DNA of 64,000 nucleotides from Nemertoderma westbladi (GCA_032718475.1 JAUCBJ010000720.1:1-64000); one strand, 5' to 3'; numbered from the stretch's first letter, positions 40,501-53,899 are shown. The notes: a model not told the origin generated them from the letters alone. Translations and numbers: made by a program.

Positions 40501-43500
40501 CTGGACCCCCTCACACACATAAACTTGTTCCTGGACTCCTCACACACAGAAACTTGTTGCTGGACTCCTCACACACAGAAACTTGTTGCTGGACTCCTCA
40601 CACACAGAAACTTGTTGCTGGACTCCTCACACACAGAAACTTGTTGCTGGACTCCTCGCACACATAAACTTGTTGCTGGACTCCTCACACACATAAACTT
40701 GTTGCTGGACTCCTCACACACAGAAACTTGTTGCTGGACCCCCTCACACACATAAACTTGTTGCTGGACTCCTCACACACATAAACTTGTTGCTGGACCC
40801 CCTCACACACAGAAACTTGTTGCTGGACCCCCTCACACACATAAACTTGTTGCTGGACTCCTCACACACATAAACTTGTTGCTGGACTCCTCACACACAG
40901 AAACTTGTTGCTGGACCCCCTCACACACATAAACTTGTTGCTGGACTCCTCACACACATAAACTTGTTGCTGGACTCCTCACACACAGAAACTTGTTGCT
41001 GGACCTCCTCACACACATAAACTTGTTCCTGGACTCCTCACACACATAAACTTGTTCCTGGACTCCTCACACACATAAACTTGTTGCTGGACCCCCTCAC
41101 ACACATAAACTTGTTGCTGGACTCCTCACACACATAAACTTGTTGCTGGACCCCCTCACACACATGAACTTGTTGCTGGACCTCCTCACACACATAAACT
41201 TGTTGCTGGACTCCTCACACACAGAAACTTGTTGCTGGACCCCCTCACACACATGAACTTGTTGCTGGACCTCCTCACACACATAAACTTGTTGCTGGAC
41301 TCCTCACACACAGAAACTTGTTGCTGGACCCCCTCACACACATAAACTTGTTGCTGGACTCCTCACACACAGAAACTTGTTGCTGGACCCCCTCACACAC
41401 ATAAACTTGTTCCTGGACTCCTCACACACATAAACTTGTTGCTGGACCCCCTCACACACATAAACTTGTTGCTGGACTCCTCACACACATAAACTTGTTG
41501 CTGGACTCCTCACACACATAAACTTGTTCCTGGACTCCTCACACACATAAACTTGTTGCTGGACCCCCTCACACACAGAAACTTGTTGCTGGACCCCCTC
41601 ACACACAGAAACTTGTTGCTGGACTCCTCACACACATAAACTTGTTGCTGGACTCCTCACACACATAAACTTGTTGCTGGACTCCTCACACACAGAAACT
41701 TGTTGCTGGACTCCTCACACACATAAACTTGTTGCTGGACTCCTCACACACATAAACTTGTTGCTGGACTCCTCACACACAGAAACTTGTTGCTGGACTC
41801 CTCACACACAGAAACTTGTTGCTGGACCCCCTCACACACAGAAACTTGTTGCTGGACCCCCTCACACACAGAAACTTGTTGCTGGACTCCTCACACACAG
41901 AAACTTGTTGCTGGACCCCCTCACACACAGAAACTTGTTGCTGGACCCCCTCACACACAGAAACTTGTTGCTGGACCCATCACACATAAACTTGTTGCTG
42001 GACTCCTCACACACAGAAACTTGTTGCTGGACTCCTCACACACAGAAACTTGTTGCTGGACCCATCACACATAAACTTGTTGCTGGACTCCTCACACACA
42101 GAAACTTGTTGCTGGACCCCCTCACACACAGAAACTTGTTGCTGGACCCCCTCACACACAGAAACTTGTTGCTGGACCCCCTCACACACATAAACTTGTT
42201 GCTGGACTCCTCACACACAGAAACTTGTTGCTGGACCCCCTCACACACAGAAACTTGTTGCTGGACCCCCTCACACACAGAAACTTGTTGCTGGACCCCC
42301 TCACACACATAAACTTGTTGCTGGACCCCCTCACACACAGAAACTTGTTGCTGGACCCCCTCACACACATAAACTTGTTGCTGGACTCCTCACACACAGA
42401 AACTTGTTGCTGGACCCCCTCACACACAGAAACTTGTTGCTGGACCCCCTCACACACAGAAACTTGTTGCTGGACCCCCTCACACACATAAACTTGTTGC
42501 TGGACCCCCTCACACACAGAAACTTGTTGCTGGACCCCCTCACACACATAAACTTGTTGCTGGACTCCTCACACACAGAAACTTGTTGCTGGACCCCCTC
42601 ACACACAGAAACTTGTTGCTGGACCCCCTCACACACAGAAACTTGTTGCTGGACCCCCTCACACACATAAACTTGTTGCTGGACCCCCTCACACACAGAA
42701 ACTTGTTGCTGGACCCCCTCACACACAGAAACTTGTTGCTGGACTCCTCACACACAGAAACTTGTTGCTGGACCCCCTCACACACAGAAACTTGTTGCTG
42801 CAACTTGTTTCTGCAACTTGTTTCAGCAACTTGTTTCTGAAACTTGTTGCTGGACCCCCTCACACACAGAAACTTGTTGCTGGACTCCTCACACACATAA
42901 ACTTGTTGCTGGACCCCCTCACACACAGAAACTTGTTCCTGGACTCCTCACACACATAAACTTGTTGCTGGACCCCCTCACACACAGAAACTTGTTGCTG
43001 GACTCCTCACACACAGAAACTTGTTGCTGGACTCCTCACACACATAAACTTGTTGCTGGACCCCCTCACACACAGAAACTTGTTGCTGGACTCCTCACAC
43101 ACATAAACTTGTTACTGGACTCCTCACACACATAAACTTGTTGCTGGACTCCTCACACACATAAACTTGTTGCTGGACTCCTCACACACAGAAACTTGTT
43201 GCTGGACCCCCTCACACACAGAAACTTGTTCCTGGACTCCTCACACACATAAACTTGTTGCTGGACCCCCTCACACACAGAAACTTGTTGCTGGACTCCT
43301 CACACACAGAAACTTGTTCCTGGACTCCTCACACACATAAACTTGTTGCTGGACTCCTCACACACATAAACTTGTTGCTGGACTCCTCACACACAGAAAC
43401 TTGTTGCTGGACCCCCTCACACACAGAAACTTGTTCCTGGACTCCTCACACACATAAACTTGTTGCTGGACCCCCTCACACACATAAACTTGTTGCTGGA

Positions 43501-46500
43501 CCCCCTCACACACATAAACTTGTTGCTGGACCCCCTCACACACAGAAACTTGTTGCTGGACTCCTCACACACAGAAACTTGTTCCTGGACTCCTCACACA
43601 CATAAACTTGTTGCTGGACCCCCTCACACACAGAAACTTGTTGCTGGACTCCTCACACACATAAACTTGTTGCTGGACTCCTCACACACAGAAACTTGTT
43701 GCTGGACCCCCTCACACACAGAAACTTGTTCCTGGACTCCTCACACACATAAACTTGTTGCTGGACTCCTCACACACATAAACTTGTTGCTGGACTCCTC
43801 ACACACAGAAACTTGTTCCTGGACTCCTCACACACAGAAACTTGTTGCTGGACCCCCTCACACACAGAAACTTGTTCCTGGACTCCTCACACACATAAAC
43901 TTGTTGCTGGACTCCTCACACACATAAACTTGTTGCTGGACTCCTCACACACATAAACTTGTTGCTGGACTCCTCACACACAGAAACTTGTTCCTGGACT
44001 CCTCACACACAGAAACTTGTTGCTGGACCCCCTCACACACAGAAACTTGTTCCTGGACTCCTCACACACATAAACTTGTTGCTGGACTCCTCACACACAT
44101 AAACTTGTTGCTGGACTCCTCACACACATAAACTTGTTGCTGGACTCCTCACACACAGAAACTTGTTGCTGGACTCCTCACACACAGAAACTTGTTCCTG
44201 GACTCCTCACACACATAAACTTGTTGCTGGACTCCTCACACACAGAAACTTGTTCCTGGACTCCTCACACACATAAACTTGTTGCTGGACTCCTCACACA
44301 CAGAAACTTGTTGCTGGACCCCCTCACACACAGAAACTTGTTCCTGGACTCCTCACACACATAAACTTGTTGCTGGACTCCTCACACACATAAACTTGTT
44401 GCTGGACCCCCTCACACACAGAAACTTGTTCCTGGACTCCTCACACACATAAACTTGTTGCTGGACTCCTCACACACATAAACTTGTTGCTGGACCCCCT
44501 CACACACAGAAACTTGTTGCTGGACTCCTCACACACATAAACTTGTTGCTGGACTCCTCACACACAGAAACTTGTTGCTGGACTCCTCACACACATAAAC
44601 TTGTTGCTGGACCCCCTCACACACAGAAACTTGTTGCTGGACTCCTCACACACATAAACTTGTTACTGGACTCCTCACACACATAAACTTGTTGCTGGAC
44701 TCCTCACACACATAAACTTGTTGCTGGACTCCTCACACACAGAAACTTGTTGCTGGACCCCCTCACACACAGAAACTTGTTCCTGGACTCCTCACACACA
44801 TAAACTTGTTGCTGGACCCCCTCACACACAGAAACTTGTTGCTGGACTCCTCACACACAGAAACTTGTTCCTGGACTCCTCACACACATAAACTTGTTGC
44901 TGGACTCCTCACACACATAAACTTGTTGCTGGACTCCTCACACACAGAAACTTGTTGCTGGACCCCCTCACACACAGAAACTTGTTCCTGGACTCCTCAC
45001 ACACATAAACTTGTTGCTGGACCCCTCACACACATAAACTTGTTGCTGGACCCCCTCACACACAGAAACTTGTTGCTGGACTCCTCACACACAGAAACTT
45101 GTTCCTGGACTCCTCACACACATAAACTTGTTGCTGGACCCCCTCACACACAGAAACTTGTTGCTGGACTCCTCACACACATAAACTTGTTGCTGGACTC
45201 CTCACACACAGAAACTTGTTGCTGGACCCCCTCACACACAGAAACTTGTTCCTGGACTCCTCACACACATAAACTTGTTGCTGGACTCCTCACACACATA
45301 AACTTGTTGCTGGACTCCTCACACACAGAAACTTGTTCCTGGACTCCTCACACACATAAACTTGTTGCTGGACTCCTCACACACATAAACTTGTTGCTGG
45401 ACCCCCTCACACACAGAAACTTGTTGCTGGACTCCTCACACACAGAAACTTGTTCCTGGACTCCTCACACACATAAACTTGTTGCTGGACTCCTCACACA
45501 CAGAAACTTGTTGCTGGACCCCCTCACACACAGAAACTTGTTCCTGGACTCCTCACACACATAAACTTGTTGCTGGACTCCTCACACACAGAAACTTGTT
45601 GCTGGACTCCTCACACACAGAAACTTGTTCCTGGACTCCTCACACACATAAACTTGTTGCTGGACTCCTCACACACAGAAACTTGTTGCTGGACCCCCTC
45701 ACACACAGAAACTTGTTCCTGGACTCCTCACACACATAAACTTGTTGCTGGACTCCTCACACACAGAAACTTGTTGCTGGACCCCCTCACACACAGAAAC
45801 TTGTTCCTGGACTCCTCACACACATAAACTTGTTGCTGGACTCCTCACACACATAAACTTGTTGCTGGACTCCTCACACACAGAAACTTGTTGCTGGACC
45901 CCCTCACACACAGAAACTTGTTCCTGGACTCCTCACACACATAAACTTGTTGCTGGACTCCTCACACACATAAACTTGTTGCTGGACCCCCTCACACACA
46001 GAAACTTGTTGCTGGACTCCTCACACACATAAACTTGTTGCTGGACTCCTCACACACAGAAACTTGTTGCTGGACCCCCTCACACACAGAAACTTGTTCC
46101 TGGACTCCTCACACACATAAACTTGTTGCTGGACTCCTCACACACAGAAACTTGTTGCTGGACTCCTCACACACATAAACTTGTTGCTGGACTCCTCACA
46201 CACATAAACTTGTTGCTGGACTCCTCACACACAGAAACTTGTTGCTGGACTCCTCACACACATAAACTTGTTGCTGGACTCCTCACACACATAAACTTGT
46301 TGCTGGACCCCCTCACACACAGAAACTTGTTGCTGGACTCCTCACACACATAAACTTGTTGCTGGACCCCCTCACACACAGAAACTTGTTGCTGGACTCC
46401 TCACACACATAAACTTGTTGCTGGACTCCTCACACACATAAACTTGTTGCTGGACTCCTCACACACATAAACTTGTTGCTGGACCCCCTCACACACAGAA

Positions 46501-49500
46501 ACTTGTTGCTGGACTCCTCACACACATAAACTTGTTGCTGGACTCCTCACACACAGAAACTTGTTGCTGGACCCCCTCACACACAGAAACTTGTTGCTGG
46601 ACTCCTCACACACATAAACTTGTTGCTGGACTCCTCACACACAGAAACTTGTTGCTGGACTCCTCACACACATAAACTTGTTGCTGGACTCCTCACACAC
46701 ATAAACTTGTTGCTGGACTCCTCACACACAGAAACTTGTTGCTGGACCCCCTCACACACATAAACTTGTTGCTGGACTCCCTCACACACAGAAACTTGTT
46801 GCTGGACTCCTCACACACAGAAACTTGTTCCTGGACTCCTCACACACATAAACTTGTTGCTGGACCCCCTCACACACAGAAACTTGTTGCTGGACTCCTC
46901 ACACACATAAACTTGTTGCTGGACTCCTCACACACAGAAACTTGTTGCTGGACCCCCTCACACACAGAAACTTGTTCCTGGACTCCTCACACACAGAAAC
47001 TTGTTGCTGGACTCCTCACACACAGAAACTTGTTGCTGGACCCCCTCACACACAGAAACTTGTTGCTGGACTCCTCACACACATAAACTTGTTGCTGGAC
47101 TCCTCACACACATAAACTTGTTGCTGGACTCCTCACACACAGAAACTTGTTGCTGGACCCCCTCACACACATAAACTTGTTGCTGGACTCCTCACACACA
47201 GAAACTTGTTGCTGGACTCCTCACACACAGAAACTTGTTCCTGGACTCCTCACACACATAAACTTGTTGCTGGACTCCTCACACACAGAAACTTGTTGCT
47301 GGACCCCCTCACACACAGAAACTTGTTGCTGGACTCCTCACACACAGAAACTTGTTGCTGGACTCCTCACACACAGAAACTTGTTGCTGGACCCCCTCAC
47401 ACACAGAAACTTGTTGCTGGACTCCTCACACACATAAACTTGTTGCTGGACTCCTCACACACAGAAACTTGTTGCTGGACCCCCTCACACACAGAAACTT
47501 GTTGCTGGACTCCTCACACACAGAAACTTGTTGCTGGACTCCTCACACACATAAACTTGTTGCTGGACCCCCTCACACACAGAAACTTGTTGCTGGACTC
47601 CTCACACACAGAAACTTGTTGCTGGACTCCTCACACACAGAAACTTGTTGCTGGACCCCCTCACACACAGAAACTTGTTGCTGGACTCCTCACACACATA
47701 AACTTGTTGCTGGACTCCTCACACACAGAAACTTGTTGCTGGACCCCCTCACACACAGAAACTTGTTGCTGGACTCCTCACACACAGAAACTTGTTGCTG
47801 GACTCCTCACACACATAAACTTGTTGCTGGACCCCCTCACACACAGAAACTTGTTGCTGGACCCCCTCACACACATAAACTTGTTGCTGGACTCCTCACA
47901 CACATAAACTTGTTGCTGGACTCCTCACACACAGAAACTTGTTGCTGGACTCCTCACACACAGAAACTTGTTGCTGGACTCCTCACACACATAAACTTGT
48001 TGCTGGACTCCTCACACACAGAAACTTGTTGCTGGACCCCCTCACACACAGAAACTTGTTGCTGGACTCCTCACACACAGAAACTTGTTGCTGGACTCCT
48101 CACACACATAAACTTGTTGCTGGACCCCCTCACACACATAAACTTGTTGCTGGACTCCTCACACACATAAACTTGTTGCTGGACTCCTCACACACATAAA
48201 CTTGTTGCTGGACTCCCTCACACACAGAAACTTGTTGCTGGACTCCTCACACACATAAACTTGTTGCTGGACTCCTCACACCCAGAAACTTGTTGCTGGA
48301 CTCCTCACACACATAAACTTGTTGCTGGACCCCCTCACACACATAAACTTGTTGCTGGACTCCTCACACACAGAAACTTGTTGCTGGACCCCCTCACACA
48401 CAGAAACTTGTTGCTGCAACTTGTTTCTGCAACTTGTTTCAGCAACTTGTTTCTGAAACTTGTTGCTGGACCCCCTCACACACAGAAACTTGTTGCTGGA
48501 CCCCCTCACACACAGAAACTTGTTGCTGGACCCATCACACATAAACTTGTTGCTGGACCCCCTCACACACAGAAACTTGTTGCTGGACCCCCTCACACAC
48601 AGAAACTTGTTGCTGGACCCATCACACATAAACTTGTTGCTGGACCCCCTCACACACAGAAACTTGTTGCTGGACTCCTCACACACAGAAACTTGTTGCT
48701 GGACTCCTCACACACAGAAACTTGTTGCTGGACCCCCTCACACACAGAAACTTGTTGCTGGACTCCTCACACACATAAACTTGTTGCTGGACTCCTCACA
48801 CACAGAAACTTGTTGCTGGACCCCCTCACACACAGAAACTTGTTGCTGGACTCCTCACACACAGAAACTTGTTGCTGGACTCCTCACACACATAAACTTG
48901 TTGCTGGACCCCCTCACACACAGAAACTTGTTGCTGGACCCCCTCACACACATAAACTTGTTGCTGGACTCCTCACACACATAAACTTGTTGCTGGACTC
49001 CTCACACACAGAAACTTGTTGCTGGACTCCTCACACACAGAAACTTGTTGCTGGACTCCTCACACACATAAACTTGTTGCTGGACTCCTCACACACAGAA
49101 ACTTGTTGCTGGACCCCCTCACACACAGAAACTTGTTGCTGGACTCCTCACACACAGAAACTTGTTGCTGGACTCCTCACACACATAAACTTGTTGCTGG
49201 ACCCCCTCACACACATAAACTTGTTGCTGGACTCCTCACACACATAAACTTGTTGCTGGACTCCTCACACACATAAACTTGTTGCTGGACTCCCTCACAC
49301 ACAGAAACTTGTTGCTGGACTCCTCACACACATAAACTTGTTGCTGGACTCCTCACACCCAGAAACTTGTTGCTGGACTCCTCACACACATAAACTTGTT
49401 GCTGGACCCCCTCACACACATAAACTTGTTGCTGGACTCCTCACACACAGAAACTTGTTGCTGGACCCCCTCACACACAGAAACTTGTTGCTGCAACTTG

Positions 49501-49914
49501 TTTCTGCAACTTGTTTCAGCAACTTGTTTCTGAAACTTGTTGCTGGACCCCCTCACACACAGAAACTTGTTGCTGGACCCCCTCACACACAGAAACTTGT
49601 TGCTGGACCCATCACACATAAACTTGTTGCTGGACCCCCTCACACACAGAAACTTGTTGCTGGACCCCCTCACACACAGAAACTTGTTGCTGGACCCATC
49701 ACACATAAACTTGTTGCTGGACCCCCTCACACACAGAAACTTGTTGCTGGACCCCCTCACACACAGAAACTTGTTGCTGGACCCATCACACATAAACTTG
49801 TTGCTGGACTCCTCATACACAGAAACTTGTTGCTGGACTCCTCACACACATAAACTTGTTGCTGGTCTCCTCACACACATAAACTTGTTGCTGGACTCCT
49901 CACACACAGAAACT
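13554..49914 (+). repeat. ~36.4 kb tandem satellite of 29/30-bp monomers (roughly 1,240 units)
   Basis: Consensus aaacttgttgctggactcctcacacaca(t/g); 30-bp variants ggaccccct, ggactccct, ggacctcct; single orientation throughout; no foreign insertion seen. Confidence 0.99.
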
Positions 49915-51045
49915 GTTGTTGCGTAATGTTTCTGAGTTTCCAGCAACTATTGCTGATACCTCACACGGAGCAAATTTTGTTTCAGAAACAAGCTGCAGAA
50001 ACAAAAGTTGCACCATGTTGAGGTTTAATTAGGACCATTAGTCCGTACCCCAAATCTATTTATAATATTTTGTATTTATAACACTAATTCTGTACTCTGA
50101 AATTTTAACTCAAAGCTGCTGAAAACTATATAACATATATGTTATAGGAACGAACATATATGTTTGATGAATATTGAGTGAAAAATAATAAAGTAGTAGG
50201 GAATTTAGTGATGAAATATGTCAAAAAATTTAAATAACAAAAAAGTCAAAAAAAAAAAATCAAACTATTTCTATTAAATCCCATAATTAATTAAATCAAT
50301 CTAGGATGTGATTTTGTTTAAATTTCAAAAGTCGAATCTCGAATATTTTCTTTCGATTCAATTTCGTTATTTTTAGTAATTTCTGGAAAAATAGCTTTCA
50401 ATTCGATTTCGACCCAGTGAAATTCGTTCGATTCGATTCGATTTCGATTCGATCCCAGTCCCTGCTTACAGTATACTACAGTACAGTAGACTCTGCAATT
50501 ATATAAATAGAACATGATATAAAACCGATAAAACATTATCGATAAAGTTACTGGAGGAATACGATATGTATGGAATTCAGTTCTCTTTTGATGGAAAAAT
50601 TATTCTACAGTAGTTTATATGGATAATAAATATATGATTTGGGAAACTGCCAGCGGGAAGATGATTTTTGGATAAACTGGTCGAGAATTAGGTTTTTTAT
50701 GACGCAAAATTCTCAGCTGATGGAAAAAAGATTATGTAAATGCAACGTCACTCACTACTGGTGGAATTTCTTTTTGTGATGAAACAGATTCGGAAGCAAA
50801 TCATGAAGATGTAATTAATAAAACGTCCCGGAAACATCACTGAAGATGAAGTTGGAAGAGAAACAGATTATATTGGAATTAATTGGATGGAAGTTAATAA
50901 AGCTGATTCTAATAACTTCCATCCTAATAATTCGAATGTAATAATGTTTCTCTTCCAATGATAAAAAAATCAGATTAATTAATGTCGAAGAACTTGGAAT
51001 AACTAGACTTAAAAACTTTGGAGTCCTCTCCCATACGAATTGTTA

Positions 51046-51426
51046 GACTCACACCCGTTCCAGGACTCACACCCCTTCCAGGACTCACACCCGTTCCAGG
51101 ACTCACACCCGTTCCAGGACTCACACCCGTTCCTGGGCTCACACCCGTTCCAGGACTCACACCCGTTCTAGGACTCACACCCGTTCCGGCACTCACACCC
51201 GTTCCAGGACTCACACCTGTTCCAGGAGTCACACCCATTCCAGGACTCACACCCGTTCCTAGACTCACACCCGTTCCAGGACTCACACCCGTTCCAGGAG
51301 TCACACCCCTTCCAGGACTCACACCCATTCCAGGACTCAACCCCTTCCAGGACTCACACCCATTCCAGGACTCAACACCTTCCAGGAGTAACACCCATTC
51401 CAGGACTCAACCAACTCCTTCCAGGA
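51046..51426 (+). repeat. 18-bp minisatellite, ~21 copies
   Basis: Unit ggactcacacccgttcca, decaying toward the 3' end; it produces the GLTPVP / GVSPGT repeat ORFs. Confidence 0.95.
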
Positions 51427-52336
51427 TATATGTTTCATTTTCACCAGCGGGCGAACATCCAACATCTAATAATATCCTACTCCGTTATTTAACTGCGAGT
51501 AAAACTTGAATTTTATGAATTTGTATTTATTACAAACCAACCAAGCGTAACTGTGTAACCTATAATTATTCGATCCTCTGTAACCCAATCGAGACATTCT
51601 GGACAAACTGGACTGGACGAAGTCCATTACAGTTCGTACATAATGTATCAATTGGTATATACAGAGGATTAATTAATTATTGGTTACAGATAATATATTG
51701 GTTGAAGTATATTCAGTTATTGCTCCAGCCAGATGGTGGATAGGCCTACTACAACACTCCTCCAGTAATCGGCATTGTTTTAAACTCATTCTACAGAGCC
51801 AATTAGGTAGGCATTTATCATTGCCTTGCGATACGGAAACCTACACATATAAAGCCCGAAGTTTTAACGTGCCAGGGGGATTCAACCTCTCCTGTATGAT
51901 CATCAACCTCTTCACACCCCCTTCCGTGGCTATTCCGAGTCCTATTACATCAGCTTTATCTCGTCTGGTTGTTTTGATACCTCCAACACCTTCAACTTTA
52001 ATGTGATTCACGACATATGTATATTGAATATCAGCGTCCTGATTGTTCTGCAGTACTGAACTGCAGTTACGAGTCTCCTACTCATCGGTGAAGTAGATAA
52101 GGCCTACCCGAATGTAAGGCCAGATACCGAATTGTTTCAGACATAATACTGTTTGTGTGTGCTGTATAAACTCGTTTTTATTACTACCAAAGGAAAGTAT
52201 AAATTGTATTGTGTACAGAAATGAACTGAATTAAATAAATTTTTGTGACCACAAGGTTGAGTCTAAAAAGCTTAATACACTGGCTTGACTATTTAAAGTA
52301 GATTGATATTTTCATAATTATATTGAAAATCATAAA

Positions 52337-52421
52337 GCAGACCCAGCAACATAGCGCCCCCAGATCTCGCGGTCAGCCACACACAGTGCCAGCAGACCCA
52401 GTAACATAGCGCCCCCAGATC
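52337..52421 (+). repeat. Short direct repeat (31 bp, 54-bp period)
   Basis: agcagacccag(c/t)aacatagcgcccccagatc at 52337 and 52391. Confidence 0.8.
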
Positions 52422-52562
52422 ACGTGGACAGCCATAAATTTCATGTGGAGTTGAGACCATGCCAGCTAGCAATAATCCCGTAGACTTATGCACAACACAC
52501 CATTATGACATGGCTCAGCCCAGCAGCCACTATGATACTCCTCAATGATGAATAATTCCTGT

Positions 52563-53207
52563 GTAACTCAGCACTTTTCGGTTTGAACACGAAATTTTTA
52601 ATTCATTTATACGATGCCATAAATCCACAATTTTAGGTTTTCTAGGGCGCTGATCCTAATGGAATACATTTCTAATTTGCCAGATCATTGCTACTCGTAT
52701 TTTTCGGCGAAATTTGGTAAAATTTGGTGCTAGCACCAAAATTCGTACCCATCACCAAAAATTACAAGTTCGCGATGTCCAGTGCTGTTTTTATTGATTT
52801 CATCGGATTCAGGACCCACATAAACACAAGAAACAAGATGATACTATCTACTGATCAATTTGCTTATTTAAAAAATTTAGTGCTGGCACAACAATTATTT
52901 TCACCCACCTGCGAAAAATAGAAATTTGAAAACTCTTATGAAATATTTACTGTTTCCATTGAATTCAGAACCCTCACAAACCCGTATAACACAAGAAACA
53001 AGGTGACATAATCAATTGATATATTTTATGTTTTTCAAAATTTGGTGCTAGCACCACATTTTTCGCCCACTTCCGAAAAATACAAGTTTGAGATGTCTGG
53101 TTCGATAATTATATATTCCATTGAATTCAGAACAGCCATAAACCTCTAAAACGCAAGAAATAAATTGTCACACGAAATTTTAAACTATTGAATGGATTTT
53201 CAAATTT
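52563..53207 (+). repeat. Left arm of a ~645-bp long inverted repeat (foldback-like DNA element)
   Basis: Reverse complement of 55686-56334 along its length (e.g. cagcacttttcggtttgaacacgaaatt / aatttcgtgttcaaaccgaaaagtgctg); internal ggtgctagcacc palindromes. Confidence 0.9.
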
Positions 53208-53899
53208 TCGTGGTAACACCAAAATTTGCACATGGCACAGAAAAATACAAGTTTAATACGCTTGGTGCAACTCGTTTATATTCCATCGAAATCGTTACAT
53301 TGCGTTACATTGCGTAAAAACAAGTTCAAACAATCAATTTACAAAATTGACATATTTCAAAATTTGGTGCTGGCACCAAAATTTGGCACCCGGCGAAAAC
53401 ACCATGTTTGAAATTTCTAAACTAATTTATATGAATTCCATCTAATTGCAAACACCAAAAAACGGGAGGAAATAAAAAATAGTGATGTTACACATCATGT
53501 TTCATGCAATGTAATTTTCAAAATACGTCTCAAAAATGTGCCAAAAGTAAGGTTAAAAATGGTGCTATATCTCGAAAACTACCAAATATTTTTGAAAACG
53601 GTTTTCACTACTAGGAAGACAATAGATTTTTAGGAAAAGTCATAAAATTTCAGATTCCCAACTGCGTTTGTTTCAGAATTATAACAAAAAACCACGGGGG
53701 ACGGGGAAATATAGAACCCCCCTGGTTTAATAGGGTTAATAACCAAAATAATTTTCTTCTTTCTAAAGTCTTTCCTCTGCATTGTAAAAAAATAATTTTG
53801 TTTCACAATGAATTCCCCCTTTCCTCCCCGGGAAAGCAATGATAGATAGTATAATATTAGGGGATAGTGATATATATACTGTACAACAGCGATCTCAGT

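Larger units (their letters stand above)
12064..50464. mobile_element. Giant (38.4 kb) non-autonomous hAT-type TIR element containing the satellite array
   Basis: Left TIR cagggactggcatcgaatcgaa (12064-12085); right TIR ttcgattcgatcccagtccctg (50443-50464); 21/22 inverted match. Flanks cttacaga (12056-12063) and cttacagt (50465-50472) form an 8-bp TSD (7/8). Clustered ttcgat/atcgaa subterminal motifs at both ends. No transposase inside. Confidence 0.8.

Noticed and set aside
13554-49914. CRISPR-like array (29-30-bp repeats)
   Set aside because: Monomers are head-to-tail with no unique spacers, there are no cas genes, and the context is eukaryotic.
13554-49914. Telomeric repeat, or a deliberate information-bearing code in the variant order
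   Set aside because: The array is interstitial with unique flanks on both sides and is not a telomerase-type unit; variant order is explained by local duplication, with no evidence of a readout.
13839-49926. Well over a hundred ORFs (LLLDSSHTETCCWTPH..., MCEESSNKF...) in the ORF track
   Set aside because: They are translations of the 29/30-bp satellite; frames open and close with the cat/cag variant and monomer length.
50650-50950. Acidic coding-like stretch resembling a piggyBac transposase N-terminus
   Set aside because: Short, frame-broken and lacking any diagnostic catalytic motif.
50975-51509. GLTPVP / GVSPGT repeat proteins
   Set aside because: Both come from the 18-bp minisatellite, with no non-repetitive domain or splice context to support coding.
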